From Gemmatimonadales bacterium (GTDB taxonomy: Bacteria > Gemmatimonadota > Gemmatimonadetes > Gemmatimonadales > GWC2-71-9), in the NCBI GenBank assembly GCA_041613315.1, contig JBFJHJ010000009.1, positions 1 through 64,000 of the forward strand: a DNA stretch of 64,000 bases. The letters run 5' to 3'. The notes under the pieces are model-generated. The model did not search any database. It saw only the letters and a program-made list of their open reading frames with translations, and was not told where the DNA came from. The position numbers and the translations under genes were made by a program. Below are positions 29,584 through 39,428 of the stretch, piece by piece; within the stretch, counting starts at the first letter, position 1; each line of letters opens with the position of its first letter.

Positions 29584-30609
29584 ATGTCCCGCGGGTCGCT
29601 CGAGCAGCAGCTCGATCAGGTGGAACGGGCGGTCGACCTGGTGTCCGGCGCCGACGCCACGACGCTGGTGGAGTTGCGGACCGCCCACCTCGGGCGGAAG
29701 GCCGGCCAACTCACCGAGATCCTCCGCTCGCTCGCCACGCTGCCGCCCGAAGAGCGGCGTCGCATCGGCGCCCGGGCTAACCAGCTCAAGAACCGGCTCG
29801 AAGAGGCGATCGCGGCCCGGGAGCGCGCCCTCGCCGCCGCCGAAGCGTCCCGGGAGACCCTCGACCCGACGATGCCCGGTCGACAGGTGTGGCGAGGGGC
29901 GATCCATCCGATCACGGCCGTCGTGGACGAGATCTGCGAGATCTTCCGCGAGTTGGGGTTCACGCGCATCACGGGGACAGAGGCGGAGACCGTCGAGTAC
30001 AACTTCACCAAGCTCAACACGTCGCTCGACCACCCCGCCGCGGACATGCAGGACACGTTCTACCTGGGGCCCGGCAACCTGCTGCGGACCCACACCTCAC
30101 CGATGCAGGCACGGACGATGGAGCGGTTCCCGCCCCCCATCCGGATCGTGGTGCCCGGGCAGGTGTATCGCCGTGACGCGTGGGACGCGTCCCACGCGCC
30201 CGTCTTCGAGCAGATCGAAGGCCTCGTGGTCGACGAGGGCGTGAGCTTCGTCGACTTCAAAGCCGCCATCGACTTCTTCGTGAAGCGATTCTTCTCGCCC
30301 GATACCGCCGTCCGGTTCCGGCCGTCCTTCTTCCCGTTCACCGAGCCGTCGGCCGAGGTGGACGTCCAGTGCCAGATCTGCGCAGGCGCGGGCTGTGCGA
30401 CGTGCAAGCAGACGGGGTACCTGGAGATCATGGGTGCCGGGATGGTGGACCCCGCGGTGTTCGACGCGTGCGGCCTCGACAGCGAGCGCTACACCGGCTA
30501 CGCCTTCGGCATGGGCCCGCACCGCATCGCCCTCTTGCGGTACGGGATCCCGCATATCCGGCTCTTGTGGGAGAACGACATGGGCTTCCTGGCGCAGTTC
30601 GCCGACTGA
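29584..30609 (+). CDS. pheS: Phenylalanine-tRNA ligase alpha subunit
   Basis: HPAADMQDTFY, LRTHTSPMQ, FRPSFFPFTEPS, GYAFGMG. Confidence 0.97.
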   Translation: MSRGSLEQQLDQVERAVDLVSGADATTLVELRTAHLGRKAGQLTEILRSLATLPPEERRRIGARANQLKNRLEEAIAARERALAAAEASRETLDPTMPGRQVWRGAIHPITAVVDEICEIFRELGFTRITGTEAETVEYNFTKLNTSLDHPAADMQDTFYLGPGNLLRTHTSPMQARTMERFPPPIRIVVPGQVYRRDAWDASHAPVFEQIEGLVVDEGVSFVDFKAAIDFFVKRFFSPDTAVRFRPSFFPFTEPSAEVDVQCQICAGAGCATCKQTGYLEIMGAGMVDPAVFDACGLDSERYTGYAFGMGPHRIALLRYGIPHIRLLWENDMGFLAQFAD

Positions 30610-30611
30610 CG

Positions 30612-32969
30612 ATGAACGTCTCAGTGAATTGGCTGTCGGCGCTCCTCGGGCGCGAGGTCGATCCGGTCGACGCGGCCCACCGCCTCGCGATGCTCGCCGC
30701 GCCCGTGGACGCGATCGAGCCCCTCCACCGCGACCTGGGGGACGTGATCGTCGGGCTCGTGGAACGCGTCGAGCGGCACCCCAATGCCGATCGCCTCACG
30801 CTGTGCCGCGTGCACAACGGCCGCGACATCGTGGAGGTCGTATGCGGCGCGCCCAACGTCACCGCCGGGACGAAGTATCCGTATGCGCCGGCCGGCGCCG
30901 TCCTGCCGGGAGGACTCAAGCTCACGGAGCGGAAGATCCGCGGCGTCACGTCGCACGGCATGCTCTGTTCGGCCCAGGAGCTGGGCCTGGGGAGCGACCA
31001 CGAAGGGATCATGGAGCTGCGGACCGACGCGGCGCCCGGGACCTCCCTGGTGGACGCCCTGCCGGTGGCCGACACGCGGCTCGAGCTGGATGTGACGCCC
31101 AACCGGCCGGACCTCCTGTGCCACCGCGGCGTCGCCCGAGAGTTGGGCGCGGCGTACGGCGTTCCCGTCCGACTGCCGGCGATCCCCGGCGCGCGCCACG
31201 AGAGTGCCGCCCCGCGGCGGGTCAAGCGTAGCGGCACCGTGGGAGGGATCACCGTCACGATCGACGACGTGGACGGGTGCCCCCGCTATCTCGCGGCCGT
31301 CATCAACGGACTCACGATCGGCCCGTCGCCCGCCTGGCTCGAAGCCCGCCTTCGCAGCGTGGGCGCCCGGCCGATCAACAACGTCGTGGATGCGACCAAC
31401 TACATCCTCTACGAGCTCAACCAGCCGATGCACGCGTTCGACCTGCGGCGTCTGCGGGGTGACGCCATCATCGTTCGGCGGGCACGCGCCGGAGAGCGCA
31501 TCACGACGCTGGATGGCGAGGCTCGGGCGCTGACGCCCGAGATGACGATGATCTGTGACGCGGAGGGCCCGACGGCGATCGCCGGGGTGATGGGTGGAGC
31601 GGCGTCCGAGGTGACCCCTGACACCACCGACGTGCTCCTGGAGTGCGCGTACTTCGATCCCACGCGCATCCGGCACACGCGTAAGGCGCTGAAGATGAGC
31701 ACCGAGGCGTCGTACCGCTTCGAGCGGGGCCTCGACCTCCAGGCGATGAGCGAGGCGGTGCGCCGGGCGGTGGCACTCATCCGGGCGGTCGCCGGCGGTG
31801 AGGAACCGGAGCCGGCTGTCGACGTCTGTCCCGAGCCGCCCCCCACCCAGACGGTGTTCCTCCGCCCGGAGCGGGTCACGCATGTGCTCGGCGTCCCGAT
31901 CGACCGCGAGGAGGTCGAGCGCCACCTCGTCAGCGTGGGGTTCGCCGTGGCGCCCAAGGACGACCGCCTCCACGTCCAGGTCCCGGGCTGGCGCCCCGAT
32001 GTGACGCGCGAGGCCGACCTCATCGAGGAGGTGGCGCGGCTGCGCGGCTTCGACGGCTTCCCCGTCGAGCTCCGGCCGTTCCGGCCGAGCAGCGTGCCGA
32101 ACGATCCCGTCGAGCCCCTCAAAGGGCGGATCCGGCGCGTCCTCACCGCCCTCGGGTTGCATGAGGCGCGGACCAATCCGCTCGTCCGGACGGGGTCGCC
32201 GTCGGCGCAAGCCGTGCTCAACCCGCTGTCCGAGGACGAAGCGTTCCTCCGGGAGGGGCTGCTGCCTGGGCTCGTGGCGTCCGTGGAGCGCAATTGGTCG
32301 GCCCGCGTGCGCGACGTCCGCCTCTTCGAGATTGGCGTGACCTTCCGGGCGCAGGAGTGTGGACGGCTCCCGGTCGAGACGCTCATGGTGGCCGGGCTCG
32401 TCACCGGGGCCCGGACGCCGCCCCACTGGTCGATTCCCGCGGGGGCGCCCGACTACGACGCCTGGGACCTGCGGGGGTTGTTCGGCGAGGCGGCGCAGGT
32501 TGCGTTTCCGTCGGGTCGCGTGTCGGGCGGCGAGGGCGGCTGGGTGGTCCAGGATGCGACCGGTGCCGTTCGGGGTCGGGCCGGGGTTCTGAAGGCCGAC
32601 CGACCCCAGTGGGCGGCCCCGCTCTTCGGGTTCGAGATCGAGGTGGAGGTGGCGGAGCGGCGCACCGCGGCGTACCATCCTCTACCGACCACGCCACCCA
32701 TCGAGCGGGACGTGGCGCTGGTTCTGCCGGACGGCGTCACGGCGGCACGGGTCGAGGCGGTGATGCGTGAGGCGGGCGGCGCGTTGCTGGAACGGGTCAC
32801 GGTCTTCGACGAGTACCGCGCACGGGAGTTGGGAGGCCGGAGCGTCGCGTGGCGCCTCGTATTGCGGGCGCGGGACCGCACGCTTCGTGACGAGGAGGCC
32901 GATCGTACGATCGGCTCGGTCCTGTCGGCGCTCCGGGAGCAACTCGGTGTCGAACGACGACAGGCTTGA
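30612..32969 (+). CDS. pheT: Phenylalanine-tRNA ligase beta subunit
   Basis: HPNADRL, VCGAPN, TPNRPD, INNVVD, ASYRFERG, DLIEEVARL. Confidence 0.97.
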   Translation: MNVSVNWLSALLGREVDPVDAAHRLAMLAAPVDAIEPLHRDLGDVIVGLVERVERHPNADRLTLCRVHNGRDIVEVVCGAPNVTAGTKYPYAPAGAVLPGGLKLTERKIRGVTSHGMLCSAQELGLGSDHEGIMELRTDAAPGTSLVDALPVADTRLELDVTPNRPDLLCHRGVARELGAAYGVPVRLPAIPGARHESAAPRRVKRSGTVGGITVTIDDVDGCPRYLAAVINGLTIGPSPAWLEARLRSVGARPINNVVDATNYILYELNQPMHAFDLRRLRGDAIIVRRARAGERITTLDGEARALTPEMTMICDAEGPTAIAGVMGGAASEVTPDTTDVLLECAYFDPTRIRHTRKALKMSTEASYRFERGLDLQAMSEAVRRAVALIRAVAGGEEPEPAVDVCPEPPPTQTVFLRPERVTHVLGVPIDREEVERHLVSVGFAVAPKDDRLHVQVPGWRPDVTREADLIEEVARLRGFDGFPVELRPFRPSSVPNDPVEPLKGRIRRVLTALGLHEARTNPLVRTGSPSAQAVLNPLSEDEAFLREGLLPGLVASVERNWSARVRDVRLFEIGVTFRAQECGRLPVETLMVAGLVTGARTPPHWSIPAGAPDYDAWDLRGLFGEAAQVAFPSGRVSGGEGGWVVQDATGAVRGRAGVLKADRPQWAAPLFGFEIEVEVAERRTAAYHPLPTTPPIERDVALVLPDGVTAARVEAVMREAGGALLERVTVFDEYRARELGGRSVAWRLVLRARDRTLRDEEADRTIGSVLSALREQLGVERRQA

Positions 32970-33243
32970 TCTCGCCGCGCTCGCGGAGCTGGAGCGGGTG
33001 CTTGCGCACCTGAGCGACGAACTGGCGACCTGGCGGCGGCGCGCGCTCACCGCGGAGGCGCAGCAGGCGGAGCTCGGCATCGACCACGACATCGTCGCCG
33101 CTCGGGAGCGGGTGGTGGAACTCGAGGACGAGAACGCCGAATACGCGCGGCGCCTCGACGGGGCGCGGACCCGCGTCGCCGAGTTGTTGGCGCGGCTCCG
33201 GTTTCTCGAGGAGCAGGTGGCGCTAGAGGAGCCGACCCGATGA
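32947..33243 (+). CDS. Small coiled-coil protein (ZapB-like position)
   Basis: Heptad-rich ~98 aa; overlaps pheT and zapA; GTG start inferred. Confidence 0.65.
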   Translation: MSNDDRLDLAALAELERVLAHLSDELATWRRRALTAEAQQAELGIDHDIVAARERVVELEDENAEYARRLDGARTRVAELLARLRFLEEQVALEEPTR

Positions 33244-33575
33244 CCGACAAGAAGACGGTGGTCAAGGTCACTATTGGCGGCGACGAGTACAGCCTCCGTT
33301 CGGATCGCTCGCCGGAGTACACGCGCGCAGTCGCCGAACACGTGGACCGTGCCCTCAAGGACGTGTTGGCCGTCAGCGCCATCGTGGAGACGCACAAGGC
33401 CGCCATCCTCACCGCCCTGGCGATCACGGATGAGCTCTTTCAGTCACGCCAGGCGCAACGGGAGTTGGCCGACCGGCTCAACCGGCTCGCGGGTGAGCTG
33501 TCCCGTCTCCTTCCTCCGAGCAAGCGGCGGTCGAGCGCAGCGGAAACGTTTGCCTCGTCGCCGGAGGGCGCGTAA
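33240..33575 (+). CDS. zapA: Cell division protein ZapA
   Basis: VKVTIGGDEYSL, AEHVD, AILTALAITDEL; pheT-zapA-rny synteny. Confidence 0.9.
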   Translation: MTDKKTVVKVTIGGDEYSLRSDRSPEYTRAVAEHVDRALKDVLAVSAIVETHKAAILTALAITDELFQSRQAQRELADRLNRLAGELSRLLPPSKRRSSAAETFASSPEGA

Positions 33576-33674
33576 TTTCCGATAGCGCCTAGCGCCACCG
33601 CTGGACAGAGTCTGCGACGATACCTGCGGCGCGCCCTCCTCGCGGAGCCGGTGCCCGCCGCGTGGAGATAGATT

Positions 33675-35258
33675 ATGTCAGCCGATCAGCTGGTACTCGT
33701 GATCGTGGCCGTCCTCGGCGGCGCAGGACTCGCCGGGGCGGTTTTTTTCGTTGTGGGGCGGCGCACCGAGCGGCGCGAGGCGGAGGCGGCCGGACGCGCG
33801 GCGGAGCAAACGGCGGAGCGCCTCCTGGGGCAGGCACGGCGGGATTCGGAATCGGCGAAGGCCGAAGCGATCCTGGCGGCGAAAGAAGAGATCATGCAGG
33901 CGCGGGAGCTGTGGGAGCGGGAGGCAAAGGATCGTCGGGAGGAGATGGACCGCCTGCAGCAACGGCTCGAGCAGCGCGACGCGTTGGTGGAGCGCAAGCT
34001 GAGCACGCTCGAGGAGAATGGTCGCGAACTGGAACAGCGGGAGCAGGCGCTCGCGACCCGAGAGCAGGCGGTGGCCGCGCGCGACGCGGAGCTCGACCAG
34101 CTGATCGCGGAACGCCGTCGGCGCCTCGAGCACACCGCCGGCCTCACGGCGGCCGAGGCGAAGGCCCAACTGGTGCAGGATCTGACCGAGGAGGCGCGCA
34201 GCGAGGCCGCCGCGATCGTGCGCGACATCAAAGAAGAGGCCAAGCGGGCGGCCGATCGCGAGAGCAAGAAGATCCTGGCGTTGGCGATTCAGCGGATGGC
34301 GGCGGAGCAGACCACGGAATCCACGGTCTCGGCCGTCGCCCTCCCCGGCGATGACATGAAGGGGCGGATCATCGGGCGCGAAGGCCGGAACATCCGGGCG
34401 TTCGAGACGGCGACCGGGGTGGACGTGATCATCGACGATACCCCGGACACAGTCGTGATCTCGTGCTTTGAGCCGATTCGGCGCGAGGTGGCCCGGCGGG
34501 CGCTGGAGCAGCTCATCGCCGACGGCCGCATTCATCCGGGCCGGATCGAAGAGGTGGTGGCGAAGGTTCGCGAGGAGCTCGAGCAGCAGCTCACGGAGGT
34601 CGGTGAACAGACGGTCTACGACCTCGGGATCCACGGCATGCATCCCGAGTTGATCAAGCTGGTGGGCCGGATGCGCTTCCGCACGTCGTACGGCCAGAAC
34701 ATGCTTGCCCACTCGAAGGAAGTCGCGTGGCTCGCCGGGATCATGGCGTCGGAGTTGAAGCTCGACGTGCACCTGGCGAAGCGCGGTGCCCTTCTCCACG
34801 ATATCGGGAAGGTCCTCACCCACCAGCACGAGGGCACGCACGTCCAGCTGGGCGTGGAGGTCGCCACGCGCTACGCCGAGCACCCCGTCGTGATCAACGC
34901 GATCGCGGCCCACCACGACGACGTGCCCCACGAATCCCCCATCTCGGTCATCGTGCAGGCCGCCGACGCGGTGAGCGGCGCCCGGCCCGGCGCCCGGCGC
35001 GAGGCGTTCGAGACCTACGTGAAGCGGCTCACCGCGCTGGAGCAGATCGCGACGAGCTACAACGGCGTGGAGAAGGCGTACGCGATTCAGGCCGGCCGGG
35101 AAGTGCGGATTGCCGTTCTCCCCGACAAGATGGACGACGGCAAGGCGGCGGAGCTGTCGGAACAGGTGGCGCGGCGCATCGAGAGCGAACTGCAGTACCC
35201 CGGCCAGATCAAAGTGGTGGTCATTCGCGAGACGCGGGCGGTGGAATTTGCCCGCTAG
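33675..35258 (+). CDS. rny: Ribonuclease Y
   Basis: N-terminal TM, coiled coil, KH (MKGRIIGREGRNIR), HD (LLHDIGK). Confidence 0.97.
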   Translation: MSADQLVLVIVAVLGGAGLAGAVFFVVGRRTERREAEAAGRAAEQTAERLLGQARRDSESAKAEAILAAKEEIMQARELWEREAKDRREEMDRLQQRLEQRDALVERKLSTLEENGRELEQREQALATREQAVAARDAELDQLIAERRRRLEHTAGLTAAEAKAQLVQDLTEEARSEAAAIVRDIKEEAKRAADRESKKILALAIQRMAAEQTTESTVSAVALPGDDMKGRIIGREGRNIRAFETATGVDVIIDDTPDTVVISCFEPIRREVARRALEQLIADGRIHPGRIEEVVAKVREELEQQLTEVGEQTVYDLGIHGMHPELIKLVGRMRFRTSYGQNMLAHSKEVAWLAGIMASELKLDVHLAKRGALLHDIGKVLTHQHEGTHVQLGVEVATRYAEHPVVINAIAAHHDDVPHESPISVIVQAADAVSGARPGARREAFETYVKRLTALEQIATSYNGVEKAYAIQAGREVRIAVLPDKMDDGKAAELSEQVARRIESELQYPGQIKVVVIRETRAVEFAR

Positions 35259-36135
35259 GATCATCAGCGGGACCGAGATCGCGAGCGCCATCCGGGCGGA
35301 GTTGGTGCCCCAGATCGCGGCGCTCAAGCGGAAGGGTATGACCCCCGGTCTCGCCGTGGTGCTGGTGGGCGACGATCCCGCGAGCCGCGTATACGTCCGG
35401 ATGAAGGGACGGGCGTGCACCGACGCGGGGATGCACAGCGAGACCGTCATGCTCGGGGCCGAGACCTCCGAGGTCGAGCTGCTGGAGGTGCTGGACCGCC
35501 TGAACCATGATCCCAAGATCCACGGGATTCTGGTTCAGCTCCCCCTGCCGGACCACATCGACGAGCAACGCGTGCTACAGGCCGTGCGCGTTGGCAAAGA
35601 CGTGGATGGATTCCATCCGGAAAACGTCGGAAAGGTCGCGGTCGGGGATCCCTCGGGGTTTGCGCCGGCGACCCCCTACGGGATCCAGCAGCTGCTCATG
35701 CGCAGCGGCATCGAAACTGTGGGCGCCCATGCGGTGATCGTGGGGCGATCGAACATCGTGGGCCGTCCGATGGCCTCGCTGCTGCTCCAGCGCGGCCGGG
35801 GCGGAGACGCCACGGTCACCGTGTGCCACTCACGGACGCGGCACCTCGCCGAGGTGACGCGCCAGGCCGACATTCTCATCGTGGCCATCGGGCGGGCGCG
35901 GTTCGTGACCGGCGACATGGTCCGACCGGGAGCGGTCGTGATCGACGTCGGGACGAACCGCGTCGAGGATCCGTCGACAAAGAAAGGCTATCGGCTGGTG
36001 GGTGACGTCGACTTCGAGGCGGCGCGGCGCGTCGCGACCGCCATCACGCCCGTGCCCGGCGGGGTGGGCCCGATGACCATCGCCGGGCTCCTTTGCAACA
36101 CCGTGCAGGCCGCGCGTCGGACGCTGGAGGACTGA
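35248..36135 (+). CDS. folD: Methylene-THF dehydrogenase/cyclohydrolase
   Basis: PGLAVVLVG, GILVQLPLP, KDVDGFHP, GRSNIVG, PVPGGVGPMT; TTG start inferred. Confidence 0.96.
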   Translation: MPARIISGTEIASAIRAELVPQIAALKRKGMTPGLAVVLVGDDPASRVYVRMKGRACTDAGMHSETVMLGAETSEVELLEVLDRLNHDPKIHGILVQLPLPDHIDEQRVLQAVRVGKDVDGFHPENVGKVAVGDPSGFAPATPYGIQQLLMRSGIETVGAHAVIVGRSNIVGRPMASLLLQRGRGGDATVTVCHSRTRHLAEVTRQADILIVAIGRARFVTGDMVRPGAVVIDVGTNRVEDPSTKKGYRLVGDVDFEAARRVATAITPVPGGVGPMTIAGLLCNTVQAARRTLED

Positions 36136-36140
36136 GCCTC

Positions 36141-37313
36141 GTGAGCGGCGGACCGAGCCTGTTCGACGCGGCCCCCCCCGCCTCATCGGAGGGAGCGTGG
36201 AGCGTCGCCGACGTGACGCGGCAGGCCCGACGGCTCGTCGAGGCCGGGTTCACGCGCCTCTGGGTCCAGGGCGAAGTGAGCGGCATCAAGGCCTACCGGA
36301 GCGGGCACTGGTATTTCACGCTGCGCGATGCGCAGGCACAGGTGCGGTGTGTCATGTGGCGCACCGACAACCAGCGACTCCCCGGGCCGCCGGACGACGG
36401 CGCGCAGGTGTTCGTCGAGGCGCGCCCCACCGTCTGGGAGGAGCGCGGCGAGTTCCGGCTCACGGTCAAGGAGCTCCTGCCGACCGCCGCCGGGGGGCCG
36501 TGGCAGCTGCAGTTCGAGCGCGCTAAAGCGGCGCTCCAGAAGGACGGTCTCCTCGATGCCGCGCGAAAGCGGCCGCTGCCGCCGTTCCCCGAGCGGATCG
36601 CTTTCGTGACGAGCCTGGACGGCGCCGCGTTCCGGGACGTCGCATCGGTCCTGGAGCGTCGGTGGCCTGGGGTCGAGCTCTGGGTCGTGCCGACGCGCGT
36701 GCAGGGCGACGGCGCGGAGCGGGAGATCTGCTGGGCACTCACGCTGGTGAATCGGCTCCCGGATGTGGACGTGGTGATCGTCGGGCGGGGCGGTGGGTCG
36801 CGCGAGGACCTCTGGGTGTTCAACAGCGAGCGCGTCGCCCGGGCGGTCGCCGCGCTGCGCGTGCCCTCGGTGTCCGCTGTGGGGCACGAGACGGACGTGA
36901 CGCTCACGGACCTGGTCGCGGACGTGCGGGCCGCCACGCCCAGCGCCGCCGCGGAGGCGGTGGTACCGGATCGGAGCGAAGCGCGGGATCGGCTGCAGGC
37001 CGTCGCCCGGCGGATGGCTCGGGGGCTGGCCGGCCGGGCGAGCCTCGGGCGCGAGCGGCTCGAGCGGACGGGTGACCGGCTGCAGGCCGCCGTGGTGGCG
37101 CAGATGGAGCGCCGGGCCGCGCGGCTGGAGCGCCTCGGGCTCCAACTCGATGCCCTGAGCCCGCTGCGCGTGCTGGGGCGCGGGTACGCCGTCGCTCGAG
37201 ACGCAGACAACCGGATCCTCAAACGCGTCGCGCAGTTTCCGCCGGGGCTCCGGTTCCGCCTCACCGTCTCTGACGGTGACGTCGGCGCGCGGGCGGGCGG
37301 AGGCGACGCATGA
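36141..37313 (+). CDS. xseA: Exodeoxyribonuclease VII large subunit
   Basis: SGHWYFTL, RGGGSREDL, SAVGHETD, ATPSAAAE. Confidence 0.96.
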   Translation: MSGGPSLFDAAPPASSEGAWSVADVTRQARRLVEAGFTRLWVQGEVSGIKAYRSGHWYFTLRDAQAQVRCVMWRTDNQRLPGPPDDGAQVFVEARPTVWEERGEFRLTVKELLPTAAGGPWQLQFERAKAALQKDGLLDAARKRPLPPFPERIAFVTSLDGAAFRDVASVLERRWPGVELWVVPTRVQGDGAEREICWALTLVNRLPDVDVVIVGRGGGSREDLWVFNSERVARAVAALRVPSVSAVGHETDVTLTDLVADVRAATPSAAAEAVVPDRSEARDRLQAVARRMARGLAGRASLGRERLERTGDRLQAAVVAQMERRAARLERLGLQLDALSPLRVLGRGYAVARDADNRILKRVAQFPPGLRFRLTVSDGDVGARAGGGDA

Positions 37314-37537
37314 GCCGCTCCAAGCCCTCGTTCCGCACGGAGCTCGACCGCCTCGAGGCCATCGTCCGCGAGCTGGAGGATGCCGACCTCGATCTCGACC
37401 GCGCGCTCGAGCTCTTCCAGGAAGGCGTTACCCGCCTCAAGACCGCGCGCTCGATGCTCCAAGATTCCGAGTTGACCGTGAAGCGGGTGTTGGAGGCTGC
37501 CGACGGGACGATCCGCGCGAGCGACGTCGACGCCTGA
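37310..37537 (+). CDS. xseB: Exodeoxyribonuclease VII small subunit
   Basis: LEAIVRELE...[11 protein letters not shown]. Confidence 0.93.
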   Translation: MSRSKPSFRTELDRLEAIVRELEDADLDLDRALELFQEGVTRLKTARSMLQDSELTVKRVLEAADGTIRASDVDA

Positions 37538-37580
37538 GCTCGACGCGTTCCTGACCGACACGCGGCGGGCGGTCGGCCAC

Positions 37581-38423
37581 GTGCTCGAGCGCTGGGGCGC
37601 GTGGGCCAGGGCCGAGCTGGGTGAGCCGGTCGGGCAGGCCGTCGCCTATGGTTTCGCGACGTCGGGTAAGCGGCTTCGGCCGGCGCTGGTGGTTGCCGCG
37701 TACCGCGAGCTCGGTGGGGAGGGAGACGTCACCGAGCTCGCCGCCGCCGTCGAGATCGTGCACACCTATTCGCTGGTGCACGACGACCTCCCGTGTATGG
37801 ACGACGACGACGTGCGCCGCGGCCGGCCGACGATCCATCGCCGGTTCGATGTGGCGACTGCGACGGAGGCGGGGTTTCGGATGGTGCCGCTCTCGGCCCG
37901 TGTGCTGGCCGGGGGCGCCCGCCGCCTGGGCCTCCGGCCCCCCACGTTGAGGGCGATCGCACGGGAGCTGTTCCAGGCGGCGGGCGCCGGCGGCATGATT
38001 AGCGGGCAGGTGGCGGACTTGGAGGCAGAAGCCCGCTCCGTGACGGCCACAGACCTCGCCGACATTCACCGCAAGAAGACCGGCGCGCTCATCAGGGCCA
38101 GCGCGGTCGTGGGTGCGCTCGCCGCGGGCGCGGACGGGGCGCGCCTGGAGGCGGTCCGTCACTACGGCAGGGAGATCGGGCTGGCGTTCCAAATCGTGGA
38201 TGACGTCCTCGACACGACGGCGAGCTCCAGCGAGCTGGGGAAGACGGCCGGCAAGGATGCGCGGCAGCGGAAGGCGAGCTTCGTGACGCTGCTGGGCGTC
38301 GACACGGCCCGCGAGACGGCGCAGGGCCACGCGGCGCGCGCCGTGGACCATCTTCGTGCGGCCGGGCTAGATTCCGGCCTGCTGGCGTCCATCGCCCGGC
38401 TCGTCGTCGCGCGGCGATCATGA
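37581..38423 (+). CDS. ispA: Polyprenyl diphosphate synthase (IspA-like); start uncertain
   Basis: [42 protein letters not shown]. Confidence 0.9.
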   Translation: MLERWGAWARAELGEPVGQAVAYGFATSGKRLRPALVVAAYRELGGEGDVTELAAAVEIVHTYSLVHDDLPCMDDDDVRRGRPTIHRRFDVATATEAGFRMVPLSARVLAGGARRLGLRPPTLRAIARELFQAAGAGGMISGQVADLEAEARSVTATDLADIHRKKTGALIRASAVVGALAAGADGARLEAVRHYGREIGLAFQIVDDVLDTTASSSELGKTAGKDARQRKASFVTLLGVDTARETAQGHAARAVDHLRAAGLDSGLLASIARLVVARRS

Positions 38424-38543
38424 GGGGCCGCCTGGCGACGTGGCGGTCGCGCGGTCGATGGGACGCACCTCGCCGGAACGGGGACGCGATGTCACCATGA
38501 GCGACGCCCGCCTCCACGCGACGCGCTGCGAGTGCCGGCGCCG

Positions 38544-39428
38544 ATGAAGATCGGCGTCATCGGGAACCCGCGGTACGACGCGCTGCAGGGCCTTCTCGCG
38601 CGCCTCGCCGCGCGGGCCCCCGCGCACCGCTTCGACCTGCACTCGGAGCGGGCACTGGAACACCTGTGGCCGGGCACCGTGCGTCCCCTCGCCTCCGCGC
38701 TCGACGCACTCGACCTGCTCGTGACGTTCGGCGGAGACGGGACGCTGCTGCGCGGCGCGCGCCTGCTCGCCGGACGGGCGGCGCCCATCCTCGGTGTAAA
38801 CCTGGGCCGGGTGGGCTTTCTCACGACCGCGACCCCGGAGGATCTGGAGCAGGCGCTCGACGCCGTCGCGCGCGGCAGCTACGAGCTGGAAAGTCGGCGC
38901 ACCCTCGAAGCCCGGCTGCTCGACCGACAGGGCACCGAGCGCGCGGTGGAACCTGCCCTGAACGACGTCGTGGTGCACAAAGCTGGTGTCGCTCGGGTGA
39001 TCAGCGTACGGGTCGCGGTGGACGACGAGGAGATCGGCCGCTACAGCGCGGACGGCATCATCGTCGCCACGCCCACAGGCTCCACGGCGTACTCGCTGAG
39101 CGCCGGGGGACCGATCGTGGTCCCAGGCGTTGACGCATTGGTGATTACGGCGATCTGTCCCCATACCCTCGCGGTGCGCCCCATCGTGGTGCCGGGCGAC
39201 GCGCGTATCACGCTCGAGCTCTTGCCGCCCGGTCTGGAAGACGTGCTTGTCTCGTGCGACGGGCAAGTGGGGACGGTGATCGAGCCCGGCCACCGCGTGG
39301 TCGTCCAGCGCTCGGCGGTCGCCGTGCGTTTGATACGCCTGGGGCGGGAAGGGTTCTTCGCTCGGATGCGACGGAAGCTACAATGGGGAGACTTGACGGA
39401 CCGGGAGCGGCCGAGCGGTGCTGACTGA
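38544..39428 (+). CDS. nadK: NAD kinase
   Basis: GGDGTLL, GVNLGRVGFL, LND, TPTGSTAYSLSAGGP. Confidence 0.96.
   Translation: MKIGVIGNPRYDALQGLLARLAARAPAHRFDLHSERALEHLWPGTVRPLASALDALDLLVTFGGDGTLLRGARLLAGRAAPILGVNLGRVGFLTTATPEDLEQALDAVARGSYELESRRTLEARLLDRQGTERAVEPALNDVVVHKAGVARVISVRVAVDDEEIGRYSADGIIVATPTGSTAYSLSAGGPIVVPGVDALVITAICPHTLAVRPIVVPGDARITLELLPPGLEDVLVSCDGQVGTVIEPGHRVVVQRSAVAVRLIRLGREGFFARMRRKLQWGDLTDRERPSGAD

Noticed and set aside
30370..30410. Cys cluster CQIC..GC..C in PheS
   Set aside because: A common feature of bacterial PheS, not unusual.
33576..33674. 6S RNA expected between zapA and rny
   Set aside because: The spacer is only 99 nt, too short, and no long bulged hairpin is visible.
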